From positions 1 through 64,000 of the IMG/VR virus record IMGVR_UViG_3300032308_002092: 64,000 nucleotides of DNA. One strand, 5' to 3'. The notes under the pieces were generated by a model that was given only the letters and a program-made list of their open reading frames with translations, was not told where the DNA came from and made no database searches. A program made the translations under genes and the position numbers. Position 1 is the stretch's first letter. Each line of letters opens with the position of its first letter. Shown piece by piece: positions 1-9,631 of the stretch. The DNA is from a virus.

Positions 1-62
1 CGCTTGGTCAACCACCAGGTCATTGCGTCTGTGATTTCTACGGTCTTGGCTGGTCTCTTCAT
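1..62 (-). CDS. Partial hypothetical protein running off the window edge (MKRPAKTVEITDAMTWWLTK...)
   Basis: ATG at 62 on - strand, GGAGG 8 nt upstream, open to the window edge, divergent from the helicase. Confidence 0.55.
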   Translation of the reverse strand, partial: MKRPAKTVEITDAMTWWLTK

Positions 63-80
63 GGATCATTCCTCCTTTGG

Positions 81-90
81 GGTATAAAAT
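81..90 (+). promoter_or_regulatory. Putative promoter -10 element GGTATAAAAT
   Basis: Recurrent GTATAA(A/T) motif in the intergenic gap upstream of the helicase. Confidence 0.5.
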
Positions 91-116
91 ACTGACACAG
101 ATCATTAGGGGATCGG

Positions 117-1502
117 ATGAAGATACTCGTAAATAATTCCACGACTACCGTCGTATCCCCTGATAATGAATTGATATCGGGATTACGAAGACTTTTTACC
201 ATGAGAGATAAATCTAAAGAGTATCAAGTCAACCGTATGTCAAAAAATCCCTACGCTCGTATGTCTAAGGCGTATGAGCAGCTCAAATCCCAGGTCTACA
301 CCTCGCTACTAGATGAGTCTGTACCAGGTCAAGTCTCGTTCCCCACTCCGCTACTGGAGGTCTCTGGTCTACAGCCTACTGTAGACAGTAGATCTAGCAC
401 GGGCAAGACTATTTCCCTACCCTGGGACTCGTCCTACAAACCGGTGCAGCTCAGGCCGTACCAAGTCGAAGCCGTAGAGAAGGCAGCCAAATCCCAACGC
501 GGCATCATCAACATGGCTACCGGCTTGGGCAAGTCTAAGGTCGCCATCTTCCTTACTCGCCAACTCAAGAAGCGTACGCTCATAGTGGCACCCAACAAAT
601 CAATCGCCAACCAACTGTACGACGAGCTCTGTCAGTGCTTCGGCAAGCACTGCATCGGCTTCTACGGCTCCGGCAAGAAGAAGCTGGGTGACGTCACCGT
701 GGGTATAGCGCAGACCGTAGTCAACCACGTAGATGACTTCAAAGCCCACGACCTAGGCTTGGTGATAGTCGATGAAGCGCACCACACCGCAGCCACCACA
801 TTCTACTCCATAGTGGAGTCACTCTCCCACGTGGGCAACATCTACGGCCTCACCGCTACCGCCTTCAGGTCCGACGGCAAGGACCTACTGCTGAACGCTG
901 CGTGCGGGTTCCCTGTAGTCGAGTACGATGTGAAGTGGGGAATCCAGAACGGCTGGTTGGCAGAGCCAGTGTTCATCACTCGTAAGATTCGAACCTCGAC
1001 CCCGGACTACGATGATAAGCTGATGGCATACAAATCCCACATCCTCTCGGCCACAGAGATATCCTCTAGGATAGAGATCGATGCCCAGAAGATGATGCAG
1101 GCAGGTAAGGCTACTCTGATACTAGTGGACACCATCGAGCACGGCGAGGCGCTCTCGAAGTCGCTGGGTATACCGTTCGCCAAGGGCGAGGACAAGCAGT
1201 CGGAGGCTTACGTAGACCAACTCAACCAAGGCAAGATAGTTGGATTAGTTGCCACGGAGGGCAAGGCAGGAGAAGGCACCGATACCCGCAACGTAGACTG
1301 CCTCATCATGGCTCAGTTCACTGCAAGCAAAGGCGCAGTACTCCAAGCAGTAGGAAGAGGATTGCGTAAACAAGGCAATAAAACTCATTGTTACATTCTA
1401 GACTACTGGCCGACCTCCAGCCGTATGCTAGGTAGGCACGCAGCAAAGCGAGTAGAATTCTACCAAGAAATCACAGATCAAGTAAAAGTCCTAGATCAGT
1501 AG
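117..1502 (+). CDS. Superfamily 2 (UvsW/XPB-like) DNA helicase
   Basis: LRPYQ Q-motif, ATGLGKS Walker A, DEAH, TAT motif III, QAVGRGLR motif VI. Confidence 0.92.
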   Translation: MKILVNNSTTTVVSPDNELISGLRRLFTMRDKSKEYQVNRMSKNPYARMSKAYEQLKSQVYTSLLDESVPGQVSFPTPLLEVSGLQPTVDSRSSTGKTISLPWDSSYKPVQLRPYQVEAVEKAAKSQRGIINMATGLGKSKVAIFLTRQLKKRTLIVAPNKSIANQLYDELCQCFGKHCIGFYGSGKKKLGDVTVGIAQTVVNHVDDFKAHDLGLVIVDEAHHTAATTFYSIVESLSHVGNIYGLTATAFRSDGKDLLLNAACGFPVVEYDVKWGIQNGWLAEPVFITRKIRTSTPDYDDKLMAYKSHILSATEISSRIEIDAQKMMQAGKATLILVDTIEHGEALSKSLGIPFAKGEDKQSEAYVDQLNQGKIVGLVATEGKAGEGTDTRNVDCLIMAQFTASKGAVLQAVGRGLRKQGNKTHCYILDYWPTSSRMLGRHAAKRVEFYQEITDQVKVLDQ

Positions 1503-1512
1503 GGAGATCCAC

Positions 1513-1815
1513 ATGCAAGAAGTAAAGATGATTGGTCATGGGCGTTACTCAATCTCTAGAGTCGGAGATGGAGTTGGTGACTCTGGTCCAATGCTAGAGT
1601 CAATCAACCCAGAAACACTAGAGACCACCTCTGGTGTAATCAAGGTAGGTTGCCGCATCCGCTGCGGTTCTATATACGCCAGGACCTACGCTAGCCAAGA
1701 CTGGTGGCTGACCTCCAAGGTGACTGAGATCTTCGATCACGAAGAAGGTGAGTTCTCCTCGTCGTGTAAGTTTAGGACTGAGTCTAACTCCGTCTACATC
1801 TGCAAGAATTTCTGA
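1513..1815 (+). CDS. Hypothetical protein
   Basis: GGGAG RBS, tightly packed after the helicase. Confidence 0.7.
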   Translation: MQEVKMIGHGRYSISRVGDGVGDSGPMLESINPETLETTSGVIKVGCRIRCGSIYARTYASQDWWLTSKVTEIFDHEEGEFSSSCKFRTESNSVYICKNF

Positions 1816-1877
1816 CTTACCCTGTATCTGATGACAGTACAATCAACGACGTACCGTGTCATAAACAAGGAGACCCA

Positions 1878-2180
1878 ATGTACTCGAATTCAAAAAGCGT
1901 CAATAGTGTTCTCACCAACAATGTTGCAACAGTTGAGTCTAATTTATCGAAAAGCACTCTAGAGCTATTAGAACAGTTCAGATCCCTCCCAGAAGGATCC
2001 TATACCCGGGATGAAAGTCTAAAAATTCTAAGTCGACACCCTACTGAGCTATCAGACGCAGAAGTAAGCTCTTTTCTAAGAGAGGTTTTAGATCAAAACC
2101 CAACTAGCCGTTTAGATGATCTGAATGCGTTGACGCTAGCAGATGGTACACATTTGTTGACCGCTTACTTCCGCCAATAA
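1878..2180 (+). CDS. Hypothetical protein
   Basis: AAGGAG RBS, AGTACAAT upstream. Confidence 0.65.
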   Translation: MYSNSKSVNSVLTNNVATVESNLSKSTLELLEQFRSLPEGSYTRDESLKILSRHPTELSDAEVSSFLREVLDQNPTSRLDDLNALTLADGTHLLTAYFRQ

Positions 2181-2203
2181 GAAATCATGAACAAGGAGAC
2201 ACA

Positions 2204-2638
2204 ATGTCATTAAATCCAGAGAACAAGTGCGCCCAGCTTCTAAGCAACCCAGTAGCAGAGCTAGAGCTTGGCGAGCAGTCGCTGGTCAAGATGTTTGACA
2301 TGCAGAAATCTCTGCAAGAGAGACTTGGCTACGACTTCGACAATCTGACCATGGAGCAAAGAGTTGCCCACTTGAAGGAGAATTGGATCGCGCTTAGTGA
2401 CGAGTTCAGCGAGACGCTCGAGCGTTTGCCGTGGAAGAAGTGGAAGAAGTATACTCCAGAGGCAAAAGCCGACTGGACCTCAGAGGAGCAGAAAGTTGAG
2501 ACACAGTTCGAAGTTATCGATATGTTTCACTTCATGATCAACATGGCCCTCCTGGTGGGCATTGATGGAGAAACTGCGTGGAAGATGTACGCGCAAAAGA
2601 ACGCAGAGAATTTCGCACGTCAAGATAGAGGCTACTAA
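2204..2638 (+). CDS. All-alpha dNTP pyrophosphatase (dimeric dUTPase / T4 gp56 dCTPase-like)
   Basis: E..E...LPWKKWK, EVIDMFHF and KNAENFARQDRGY C-terminus typical of the dUTPase_2/MazG fold. Confidence 0.85.
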   Translation: MSLNPENKCAQLLSNPVAELELGEQSLVKMFDMQKSLQERLGYDFDNLTMEQRVAHLKENWIALSDEFSETLERLPWKKWKKYTPEAKADWTSEEQKVETQFEVIDMFHFMINMALLVGIDGETAWKMYAQKNAENFARQDRGY

Positions 2639-2677
2639 CACCACTACCTAAGTACAACCCTCCTCACAGGAGGATTC

Positions 2678-3373
2678 ATGAGAATCACGCCATCCGCTTT
2701 CCCATCGGCCATAAACATAAAGCACGCCAAGCCGCTAGATAAAGAGAGTATCTGGCCGATGAACGTGGAGCTTGCCGTTTTTAGCGTACCCATCCGTAAG
2801 AAAGATGGGTACGACCTTGCTTCTGTGCGATCGCTTGCAACTAAGCTTAAAGCCTCTATGGCACCAAATGGCAAGGTATTTATAAACTGCTATGCCCCAG
2901 CGGAATGTAAGTCTAGACCTTTCGAGGTGGCAAGTGAGATGGCCAAAGCTGGCTTCAACCATGTCGAGAATCTAGTGATAGAAAAGACATGGATGCCAGG
3001 TAGGAAGTCGGACTCTACTCTGGTCAACACCCATGAGTTCGTGTTCTTCTTCGTGAACGGCGAGCAGTGGACGATAGACAGAGCACCAGTGAGGCAGTAT
3101 CTCATGCTGCCAGAGGATCAGCCATGCTGTGGAAACACTTGGCTGGTACAGTCAGGCTCCCTAGACGAAGCTTACTCAGATGACCTGGCAGAGCTGATAG
3201 TCCGCTTCTCAGACCTGCTTCCAGGTAGCTCGGTGTTTGACCCGTACATGGGTAACACCGGCATCATCAAGGCGTGTCTTAAGTTAGGTCACTCACTCAC
3301 GGGCTTCGAGTCCGACCTAAAGAAGATCAAGCAGTATCAGAAAATAATCGAAGAATTTAAATTGGAGGAGTAA
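2678..3373 (+). CDS. N6/N4 DNA methyltransferase-like protein (beta-class layout) with degenerate catalytic motif
   Basis: C-terminal VFDPYMGNTG SAM-binding motif and HEFVFFF; FSVPI where (D/S)PPY is expected. Confidence 0.7.
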   Translation: MRITPSAFPSAINIKHAKPLDKESIWPMNVELAVFSVPIRKKDGYDLASVRSLATKLKASMAPNGKVFINCYAPAECKSRPFEVASEMAKAGFNHVENLVIEKTWMPGRKSDSTLVNTHEFVFFFVNGEQWTIDRAPVRQYLMLPEDQPCCGNTWLVQSGSLDEAYSDDLAELIVRFSDLLPGSSVFDPYMGNTGIIKACLKLGHSLTGFESDLKKIKQYQKIIEEFKLEE

Positions 3374-3374
3374 C

Positions 3375-5087
3375 ATGAGCATCGCTTACATCAAGTCTAA
3401 GGCCAAGACTACGGTCTCAGGTCAGAGTGAACTAGAGAAAATTGTGGACGAGACTTTGGCCCACGCCGCTACGGTAGTGGGAAGAACACTCGGGCCAAGT
3501 GGGCGCCCCATAGTTCTGGAGCGAGAGGGACTTTCACCCATCATCACCAAAGATGGTGTCACGGTGCTCAAGCACCTAGGTCTACCTTCTGCAACCCACA
3601 ATCTCATCCTGGACACAGTGAAGGAGGTATCCCTCAACACAGCCAGGGACGCAGGTGACGGCACTACTACCGCTATCGTGCTGGCAGATGCCATCGTGCG
3701 TGAGGGTAAGAAGTATCTGCGTGAGAATCCAAAGTCAAACCCACAGCGCGTGATGCGCGAGCTACAACACTGCTACAGCTCTGTAGTTGTTCCTTTCCTA
3801 GAGAGGGTATCAACCCCAGTAACTACCGACGAGCACCTACATCGCGTAGCCATGATCTCCGCCAACGGCGACGAGGAGATCGCCGCTTCGGTGGTCAAGG
3901 CCGTAACTGCTGCAGGCGAAGACGGAACTGTCCTGATCCAGGAAGATCAGGGCGGAGGGATGCGAGTAGAGACAGTCGACGGTTACATCGTCACGACTGG
4001 ACTTAGGGACATCGGTGCTATCGGCGTAGCTTTCGTCAACGACCGTGCTGGGCAGCAAGTCAAGATGGACGCGGGACTAGTAGTACTGTTCGACGGCACA
4101 CTGAACGATCTCGTACTACCTGCTGCGATCCAGAGTGCTTGCGAGAACAACCCCGATTTGTACGGTAAACCCATCGTCGTATTCGCACACGACTTCTCCG
4201 ACCCCGTCATCGAGAAGTTCTTGAAATCGACCAAGGCGGGAGTCACAGTACTTCCAATCAAGACACCCAAGTCTACGCTCACCAACAGCAGAACTATGTT
4301 TCTGCAAGACATGTCGGCTTACGCCGGTGGCACGGTCATGGACCCAGCTACCGCACCTGGCTTTACCGAGAACAACTTCGGCTTCTTCACTCAAGTCAGA
4401 TGTGGCTACTACGAGACCTTCTTGCAAGCAGAGGTAGACTCGGAGCAACTAGAGAGTCGCGTAGAGGAGCTCAAGGCAATTCTAGCTGGAGCTAGATCAG
4501 AGCACGATCAAGCCCACTTGCGAGCACACCTAGGTAAGCTCACTGGCGGTATCGCTACGGTTTGGGTAGGCGGAATGACGGATGCTGAGATCCGTGAGCG
4601 CAAAGATAGAGTGCAAGACGCAGTTGAGGCAGTTAGATCTGCAGTAGCAGAAGGTATCGTACCCGGTGGCTGCTCTACTCACTTGTCTCTAGCGGTAGAG
4701 ATCCTCGGCAGCAAGTCGTATGCTCACTCCTGGAAGATCCTCAGCCAAGCCCTTAATCAGCCTATCATAAAACTACTCTCCAACTGCGGAGAAGAAGAGC
4801 TGATCCCAGAGGTCATGACTAACATCTGCGACAGCATCAACTCGAACGGCATCGCCACTAAGACCTTCGACGCAGATGTCCACAAGATGGTGGACGCGGT
4901 AGAAGCAGGGATAGTAGAACCAAGCAAGGTCCACCGTATTGCCATCGGCAACGCGCTATCCGTAGCAGGTGTGCTGATGACCGTAGGTGGTATCGTAGTT
5001 TCTCCACGTGACTACAATCTAGAGACTCAACTAGAGCTCTCTAGGGACGCTTTTAAGAACATGCTGAACCAAGGAGACGAGCAATGA
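3375..5087 (+). CDS. groEL: Phage-encoded GroEL-like chaperonin
   Basis: TLGP, ITKDGVTV, AGDGTTT, ISANGD, RVQDAV, GIVPGG; no GGM tail. Confidence 0.95.
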   Translation: MSIAYIKSKAKTTVSGQSELEKIVDETLAHAATVVGRTLGPSGRPIVLEREGLSPIITKDGVTVLKHLGLPSATHNLILDTVKEVSLNTARDAGDGTTTAIVLADAIVREGKKYLRENPKSNPQRVMRELQHCYSSVVVPFLERVSTPVTTDEHLHRVAMISANGDEEIAASVVKAVTAAGEDGTVLIQEDQGGGMRVETVDGYIVTTGLRDIGAIGVAFVNDRAGQQVKMDAGLVVLFDGTLNDLVLPAAIQSACENNPDLYGKPIVVFAHDFSDPVIEKFLKSTKAGVTVLPIKTPKSTLTNSRTMFLQDMSAYAGGTVMDPATAPGFTENNFGFFTQVRCGYYETFLQAEVDSEQLESRVEELKAILAGARSEHDQAHLRAHLGKLTGGIATVWVGGMTDAEIRERKDRVQDAVEAVRSAVAEGIVPGGCSTHLSLAVEILGSKSYAHSWKILSQALNQPIIKLLSNCGEEELIPEVMTNICDSINSNGIATKTFDADVHKMVDAVEAGIVEPSKVHRIAIGNALSVAGVLMTVGGIVVSPRDYNLETQLELSRDAFKNMLNQGDEQ

Positions 5088-5860
5088 TCAAGACAATTTT
5101 AGAGCAGCTGTGGGCGAACGAGAAGACCAGGTACGTGCTACTGGTAGTTGGTGGGCTACTGGTCGGAGTACTGTCGACCGTGCTCCTGTATCCAACCAAG
5201 CAGATCCGAGAAGAAGCACAGAAAGAACTACGTGAGCAAGTGCAGCAGGAAGCACAGTCCTCTTTTGCAAAGAGAGAGCAAGAGCTTACAGAGCGCTTCA
5301 CAAAAGAAGTGAATACGCTTACCTCCCAAGTAGAGAAGTCCATGCAAGAGCAATCTTCCCTCCAGAAGAAAGTATCCTCTCTGACCACCGAGAACACGCA
5401 GCTCAAGCAGAAGCGAAGGGTTGAGACTATCATCGTCAAGAAGCCAGATGGTACAGAAGAGACCCACATCGTTGACGTCACGGATACCGAGTCTATCTCA
5501 TCCAAGCACGAGCAGCAGATCTCAGAGCTAAACGAGACCCACAAGCAAGAAGTAAAAGAGCTGGAAAACAAGCACCAAGAGCAGATCGTGGCTGAGCAAA
5601 ACAAGTCACAGAAGAAAATAGATGAGGTCTCGCAGGAGCTCTCGAAGTCCAAGCAGACAATCGAGCTCCTAGAGAAGACCAGTAAAACCATCACTACCAA
5701 CGTGCGCAACTTTGGTATCGGCGCTGGATACACTACTGATCGCGACTACTCCGGCGAGGTGTCGTACCAGTTCTGGGGTCCAGTCTACATGCAGCTCTCA
5801 GGTGACTCTGACTTCAAGTCAGATTACCTCGGCAGAGCAACCCTGGGGATCCGCTTCTAA
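5084..5860 (+). CDS. Membrane-anchored coiled-coil protein with C-terminal beta-strands ending in Phe (spanin-like candidate)
   Basis: N-terminal TM (YVLLVVGGLLVGVLSTVLLY), long E/Q/K heptad region, C-terminus ...ATLGIRF. Confidence 0.6.
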   Translation: MIKTILEQLWANEKTRYVLLVVGGLLVGVLSTVLLYPTKQIREEAQKELREQVQQEAQSSFAKREQELTERFTKEVNTLTSQVEKSMQEQSSLQKKVSSLTTENTQLKQKRRVETIIVKKPDGTEETHIVDVTDTESISSKHEQQISELNETHKQEVKELENKHQEQIVAEQNKSQKKIDEVSQELSKSKQTIELLEKTSKTITTNVRNFGIGAGYTTDRDYSGEVSYQFWGPVYMQLSGDSDFKSDYLGRATLGIRF

Positions 5861-5861
5861 T

Positions 5862-6212
5862 ATGCCCAAATATACGTTTCAATGTACTAAGTGTGGACAC
5901 AAAAAAGCTGCGTACACGAACACTAACATTCGTGTTGCTCCGTGCCAAGAGTGTCATAGCCCTGCAATCAGGTTACCTCCAAACACCAACAAGGCTAATG
6001 TCACAGAACTGATCGATTCCTATTCCGGAGTACATCTATCCCCAGAATACAGGAACGAGATGGATCAGAGATCTCTAGATCACTTCTGGGCAGTCGAAGT
6101 GCCGAGACTAGTTGGTGAGCACCCAGAAGCCGAGTGTCTAGCCAATGGCTGGCTCTACAAGAATGAAAAGGGAGAGCTCTGTATTCAGACCAAGCCGCCC
6201 AACAGGAGATGA
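5862..6212 (+). CDS. FmdB-like zinc-ribbon protein
   Basis: Start reassigned to ATG 5862: MPKYTFQCTKCGH...CQECH. Confidence 0.75.
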   Translation: MPKYTFQCTKCGHKKAAYTNTNIRVAPCQECHSPAIRLPPNTNKANVTELIDSYSGVHLSPEYRNEMDQRSLDHFWAVEVPRLVGEHPEAECLANGWLYKNEKGELCIQTKPPNRR

Positions 6213-6215
6213 TGC

Positions 6216-7979
6216 TTGCAGATACAGTCGATCAAGATAAGTAACTTCCTCAGTATCGGGGAAGCAGAAGTACAGTTCCCAAATCAAGGCATGCTACTAA
6301 TAGAGGGTTGGAACCATGACAATCAGTCAAGCAACGGCGCTGGCAAATCTTCTATTCTGTCTGCAGCATCTTGGTGTCTATACGGTAAACTCCCCCGTGG
6401 GATCACATCTACTTCTGTTACTAGATCCGGAGAAAAGTCCACATCTGTATCACTTGAATATAGATCTAATACTGGACACTTTAATATCCAGAGAACTAGA
6501 GGCCCTAACGCGCTCTGGCTCTCGGTGGATGGTGAGGACCCAAAGCAAGTAGATCAAGAGCAGCTTGATGAGATACTTGGCTTATCCTACGAACGCTTCC
6601 TACAGATAGCTTACTTCGCACAAGGTCTAGGCCAGAGGTTCCTAGATCTGTCAGATACAGATAAGAAGCAGCTATTCCTAGATCTGTCCAACTCGGTAGA
6701 CTACTCTGCAGCAAAGCAGAAGGTTGAGGCAAAGCTCAAAACTCTTGTCTCTGAAAAATCAGCGTTAGAGCTTAGGTCAGCGCAGGTCAATGCTAAGCTA
6801 GAAGAGCTGTCCTCTGTAACTATAGATACGGTTGCATTAAACCAAACCTTAGAGCAACTATACTTGCAGCGAAGCAAGCAGCAACTCCACATGTTAGAAC
6901 TATCTAAAACTCTGAACCCTCCAGATACAGCTAAACACAAAGATCTTTTGTCCAAGCTCAGAGGGCAGCTATCTAAGATACAAGAAGCGAAAGGCGAGTT
7001 GCGGCAGCTGCACATTCAGCTCAAGCAGCTCAGCGCACCCATTGAGAAACCCTCGCCTCTGCCTTGCCCACACTGTAATGGCGCTCTAACCATAGACGAA
7101 GACACAGTAGTTGTCTGCGATACCCAAGCCATGGAAGACTCCTACTTCAGGCTACTAACTAGACAGAAAACCAGAGTCGAGGACATCAAGTCTAAGATCA
7201 TCGACGTCGATTCCTTGGTCTCAAAAGAAGAGAGAACCAGAGAGGCGATCGAAGCCTGTGAGCAAGAAGTGCGAGATCTATCCACTAAGTACCTTGAGAC
7301 AAAGTCTGACATGGATCAACTGACCATGGCTATCAGTAAGACCAACCATTCTGTTGAAATCACGCTAGCAGAGGTGTCTAGAGCAGAGGCACTGTCCTCT
7401 AGGTTGGGTAAACTCAGGGACGAAGCCGAATCCATATCTGTCGATATCGCCGAGCTGAATTCAAAGATCCTCATCCTGAGTGAAGCGATAAGTGTCCTTG
7501 GACCATCCGGTATCCAAGCCTACGTGCTTGATTCCATCATAGACCAGTTCAATGAGTTCGTTAGAGGCGTCTTGTCTGAGGCTTGGCCATCTATAACCTA
7601 CGAGTTGCTGTCGTTCAAAGAGAATAAAACTGGGGTCGTATCCACTAGGTTCTCAGACTCTGTGTCTATAGACGGTAGGGTTACCACTATAGGAGCCATG
7701 TCTGGTGGCGAGAGGCGCTGTCTATCTATAGCCATAGACCTCGCGGTATCCAAGGTACACTCCCTATACTCTGGTGTCCAGGTTGCCCCGCTGATACTAG
7801 ACGAGCCCTTTGACCACATGGACTCTACCAATAGAGAGCGAGCTATCTCCATACTCCAGACCGTGGCTAACGATACCACAATTGTGGTAGTCGATCATGC
7901 CAATGAAGTCAAGGGGTTATTCGATTCCATCATCACCGTGGAGAAGAAGGGTGGTATATCTGCCGTCAGGGTAGAATAG
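6216..7979 (+). CDS. SbcC/Rad50/T4 gp46-like recombination ATPase
   Basis: NFLSIG, NGAGKS Walker A, central CPHC zinc hook in a coiled coil, MSGGE signature, LILDEPF Walker B. Confidence 0.93.
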   Translation: MQIQSIKISNFLSIGEAEVQFPNQGMLLIEGWNHDNQSSNGAGKSSILSAASWCLYGKLPRGITSTSVTRSGEKSTSVSLEYRSNTGHFNIQRTRGPNALWLSVDGEDPKQVDQEQLDEILGLSYERFLQIAYFAQGLGQRFLDLSDTDKKQLFLDLSNSVDYSAAKQKVEAKLKTLVSEKSALELRSAQVNAKLEELSSVTIDTVALNQTLEQLYLQRSKQQLHMLELSKTLNPPDTAKHKDLLSKLRGQLSKIQEAKGELRQLHIQLKQLSAPIEKPSPLPCPHCNGALTIDEDTVVVCDTQAMEDSYFRLLTRQKTRVEDIKSKIIDVDSLVSKEERTREAIEACEQEVRDLSTKYLETKSDMDQLTMAISKTNHSVEITLAEVSRAEALSSRLGKLRDEAESISVDIAELNSKILILSEAISVLGPSGIQAYVLDSIIDQFNEFVRGVLSEAWPSITYELLSFKENKTGVVSTRFSDSVSIDGRVTTIGAMSGGERRCLSIAIDLAVSKVHSLYSGVQVAPLILDEPFDHMDSTNRERAISILQTVANDTTIVVVDHANEVKGLFDSIITVEKKGGISAVRVE

Positions 7980-7999
7980 ATATAGCCACATCGGAGACC

Positions 8000-8404
8000 T
8001 TGGTGACAGATAAACTAGACAAAGCCATACCAGGCATCCCATCACCTACTGCGCCAAAGCCACCCAAGGTGCCTTCTATGGCACCTACGTCTAAGAAGTC
8101 TGCGGTCAAGCAGATAGAGCAGCTCAAAAGTCCACAGATGAACGAGCTGCACATGAAGCAAGCCAAGACCATGGAAGCTAGCCTCAAGAACCCTATGGCC
8201 ATGACCAAGGACGAGAACGAGCAATCCTTCCACGTCACCAAGGACGGTTCTAGGGTCACTACCGAGCCTATCCCCCTAAGCCATATCGATTCCCACCTGG
8301 GCGGCAAAGATCGCCTAGAGCAAGCAGGATACAACCTGGTCCCAGTCAAGCGCGAGCGACTAGTCAAGCAACCAAACGGTCAGTGGTCCATCGAAGAGTA
8401 CTGA
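8000..8404 (+). CDS. Hypothetical protein with C-terminal NGQW motif (putative internal head protein)
   Basis: GGAG RBS before TTG/GTG start; N-terminal LDKA; ends RLVKQPNGQWSIEEY. Confidence 0.65.
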   Translation: MVTDKLDKAIPGIPSPTAPKPPKVPSMAPTSKKSAVKQIEQLKSPQMNELHMKQAKTMEASLKNPMAMTKDENEQSFHVTKDGSRVTTEPIPLSHIDSHLGGKDRLEQAGYNLVPVKRERLVKQPNGQWSIEEY

Positions 8405-8431
8405 GTACAACTACCTCAATGTGAGGTAACC

Positions 8432-9148
8432 ATGACGATATTTATCGCTCTCGATCCAGCGCAGTCGACTGGATTTGCACTCGCTAGAGTAGACGGTACT
8501 CACTGCGAGATCTTCGACTACGGCTTCATTGACGTAGACAACTCCTCCGCTTACGTTGGAGATTGGTGCATCGACTTAATGTCGCGCATAGACACCATCC
8601 ACGCAGCACACAAATTTACCGACATCGCCGTAGAGTCCTTCTTCTTCTCCTCGCGTTTCGTCAGTGGAACAGATATCAACCCAGCTTACAGAACCGCCAT
8701 CCACATCTGGGCGCGGCAGAGAAACCTACCATACTCGATCCTGAACATCTCCTCGTGGAAGACGATCGTGGCTGGACGCTCTACTCCAACCAAGGAGCAG
8801 AAGGCAAAGTACGGCAAGGAAGCAGCCAAGAAGATCATGATCGTGCAAGCACTCTGGGAGCGTCACGGTATTCGCTTACCCAACCACTCTATCTCAGAGG
8901 CTACTGGTAAACCGATACTATTTCGCTACGACATCGGTGACGCCATCGGCCAAGCCATCTACCACGCTTACGAGAAGTATCGCTGCAAGACGTTCTCGTG
9001 TTCTGTTCCCGTTCCACCAGACGTCACTTTCCCACGTGTCTCCAAGAAACACTTCTCGTATGATGATCTCTGTATAACCCCTTCTGAAAAGGAGGACACA
9101 AATGGCAAAAAGAGTAAGTCTAGGAAAAGCAGATCAGGTACTATCTAA
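8432..9148 (+). CDS. RuvC-like Holliday junction resolvase
   Basis: IALDPAQSTGFA, IAVES, WK..V.G, DIGDAIG RNase H-fold acidic residues. Confidence 0.8.
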   Translation: MTIFIALDPAQSTGFALARVDGTHCEIFDYGFIDVDNSSAYVGDWCIDLMSRIDTIHAAHKFTDIAVESFFFSSRFVSGTDINPAYRTAIHIWARQRNLPYSILNISSWKTIVAGRSTPTKEQKAKYGKEAAKKIMIVQALWERHGIRLPNHSISEATGKPILFRYDIGDAIGQAIYHAYEKYRCKTFSCSVPVPPDVTFPRVSKKHFSYDDLCITPSEKEDTNGKKSKSRKSRSGTI

Positions 9149-9395
9149 GAGCTTCGTCGATTCTATCGCAGAGTTGGGTGAGGACGAGTTGGAGCAACTG
9201 ATCGTCAAGACAGAGCAAGAGATCCGCAAGATCAAGACAGAGAAGAAGAACGACTCTAAGTTGAACTCAGCCAAAGAGATCGCGAAGGATCTGTCTGCAG
9301 CTTACACGGCAGCTATCGCTCACAACGATGCAAAGAAGAACTTTCTGCTGGACAAGCTGGAAGAGCTGCAAGGTGGCGACGATGCTGACGAGTAG
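9102..9395 (+). CDS. Hypothetical coiled-coil protein
   Basis: AGGAGG RBS, helical charged sequence. Confidence 0.75.
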   Translation: MAKRVSLGKADQVLSKSFVDSIAELGEDELEQLIVKTEQEIRKIKTEKKNDSKLNSAKEIAKDLSAAYTAAIAHNDAKKNFLLDKLEELQGGDDADE

Positions 9396-9597
9396 TATTC
9401 TGATGACGGTCTTGCTTGCTGCCTCCTCTGGAGAAGGCAAGAATAAGCCAGAGGCGAAGGAACCAGGGCAGGTCTATATCTGTGAGGCTGAGACAAGTGG
9501 CCCAGACAAAGACATCGATCTAAAGAACTGCAAGAAGCTGAAGCCAGAGCCTACACCTTCTCCCACGCCTAGGCCACCAAGTCCTCCTCGCCACTGA
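9382..9597 (+). CDS. Small putatively secreted protein with Pro-rich tail
   Basis: ATG 9382 gives MLTSSILMTVLLAA signal-like N-terminus, two Cys, PTPSPTPRPPSPP tail. Confidence 0.5.
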   Translation: MLTSSILMTVLLAASSGEGKNKPEAKEPGQVYICEAETSGPDKDIDLKNCKKLKPEPTPSPTPRPPSPPRH

Positions 9598-9608
9598 TGT
9601 GGTATAAT
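9598..9608 (+). promoter_or_regulatory. Extended -10 promoter TGTGGTATAAT
   Basis: TGn-TATAAT upstream of an AGGAGG RBS; no -35 seen. Confidence 0.7.
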
Positions 9609-9631
9609 CCTACTATACTATAGGAGGGTTT

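Noticed and set aside
5053-5733. Long antisense ORFs (e.g. 5053-5733, 16357-16845, 35771-36316, 63326-63889)
   Set aside because: Shadows of real genes on the other strand; low-complexity translations without an RBS
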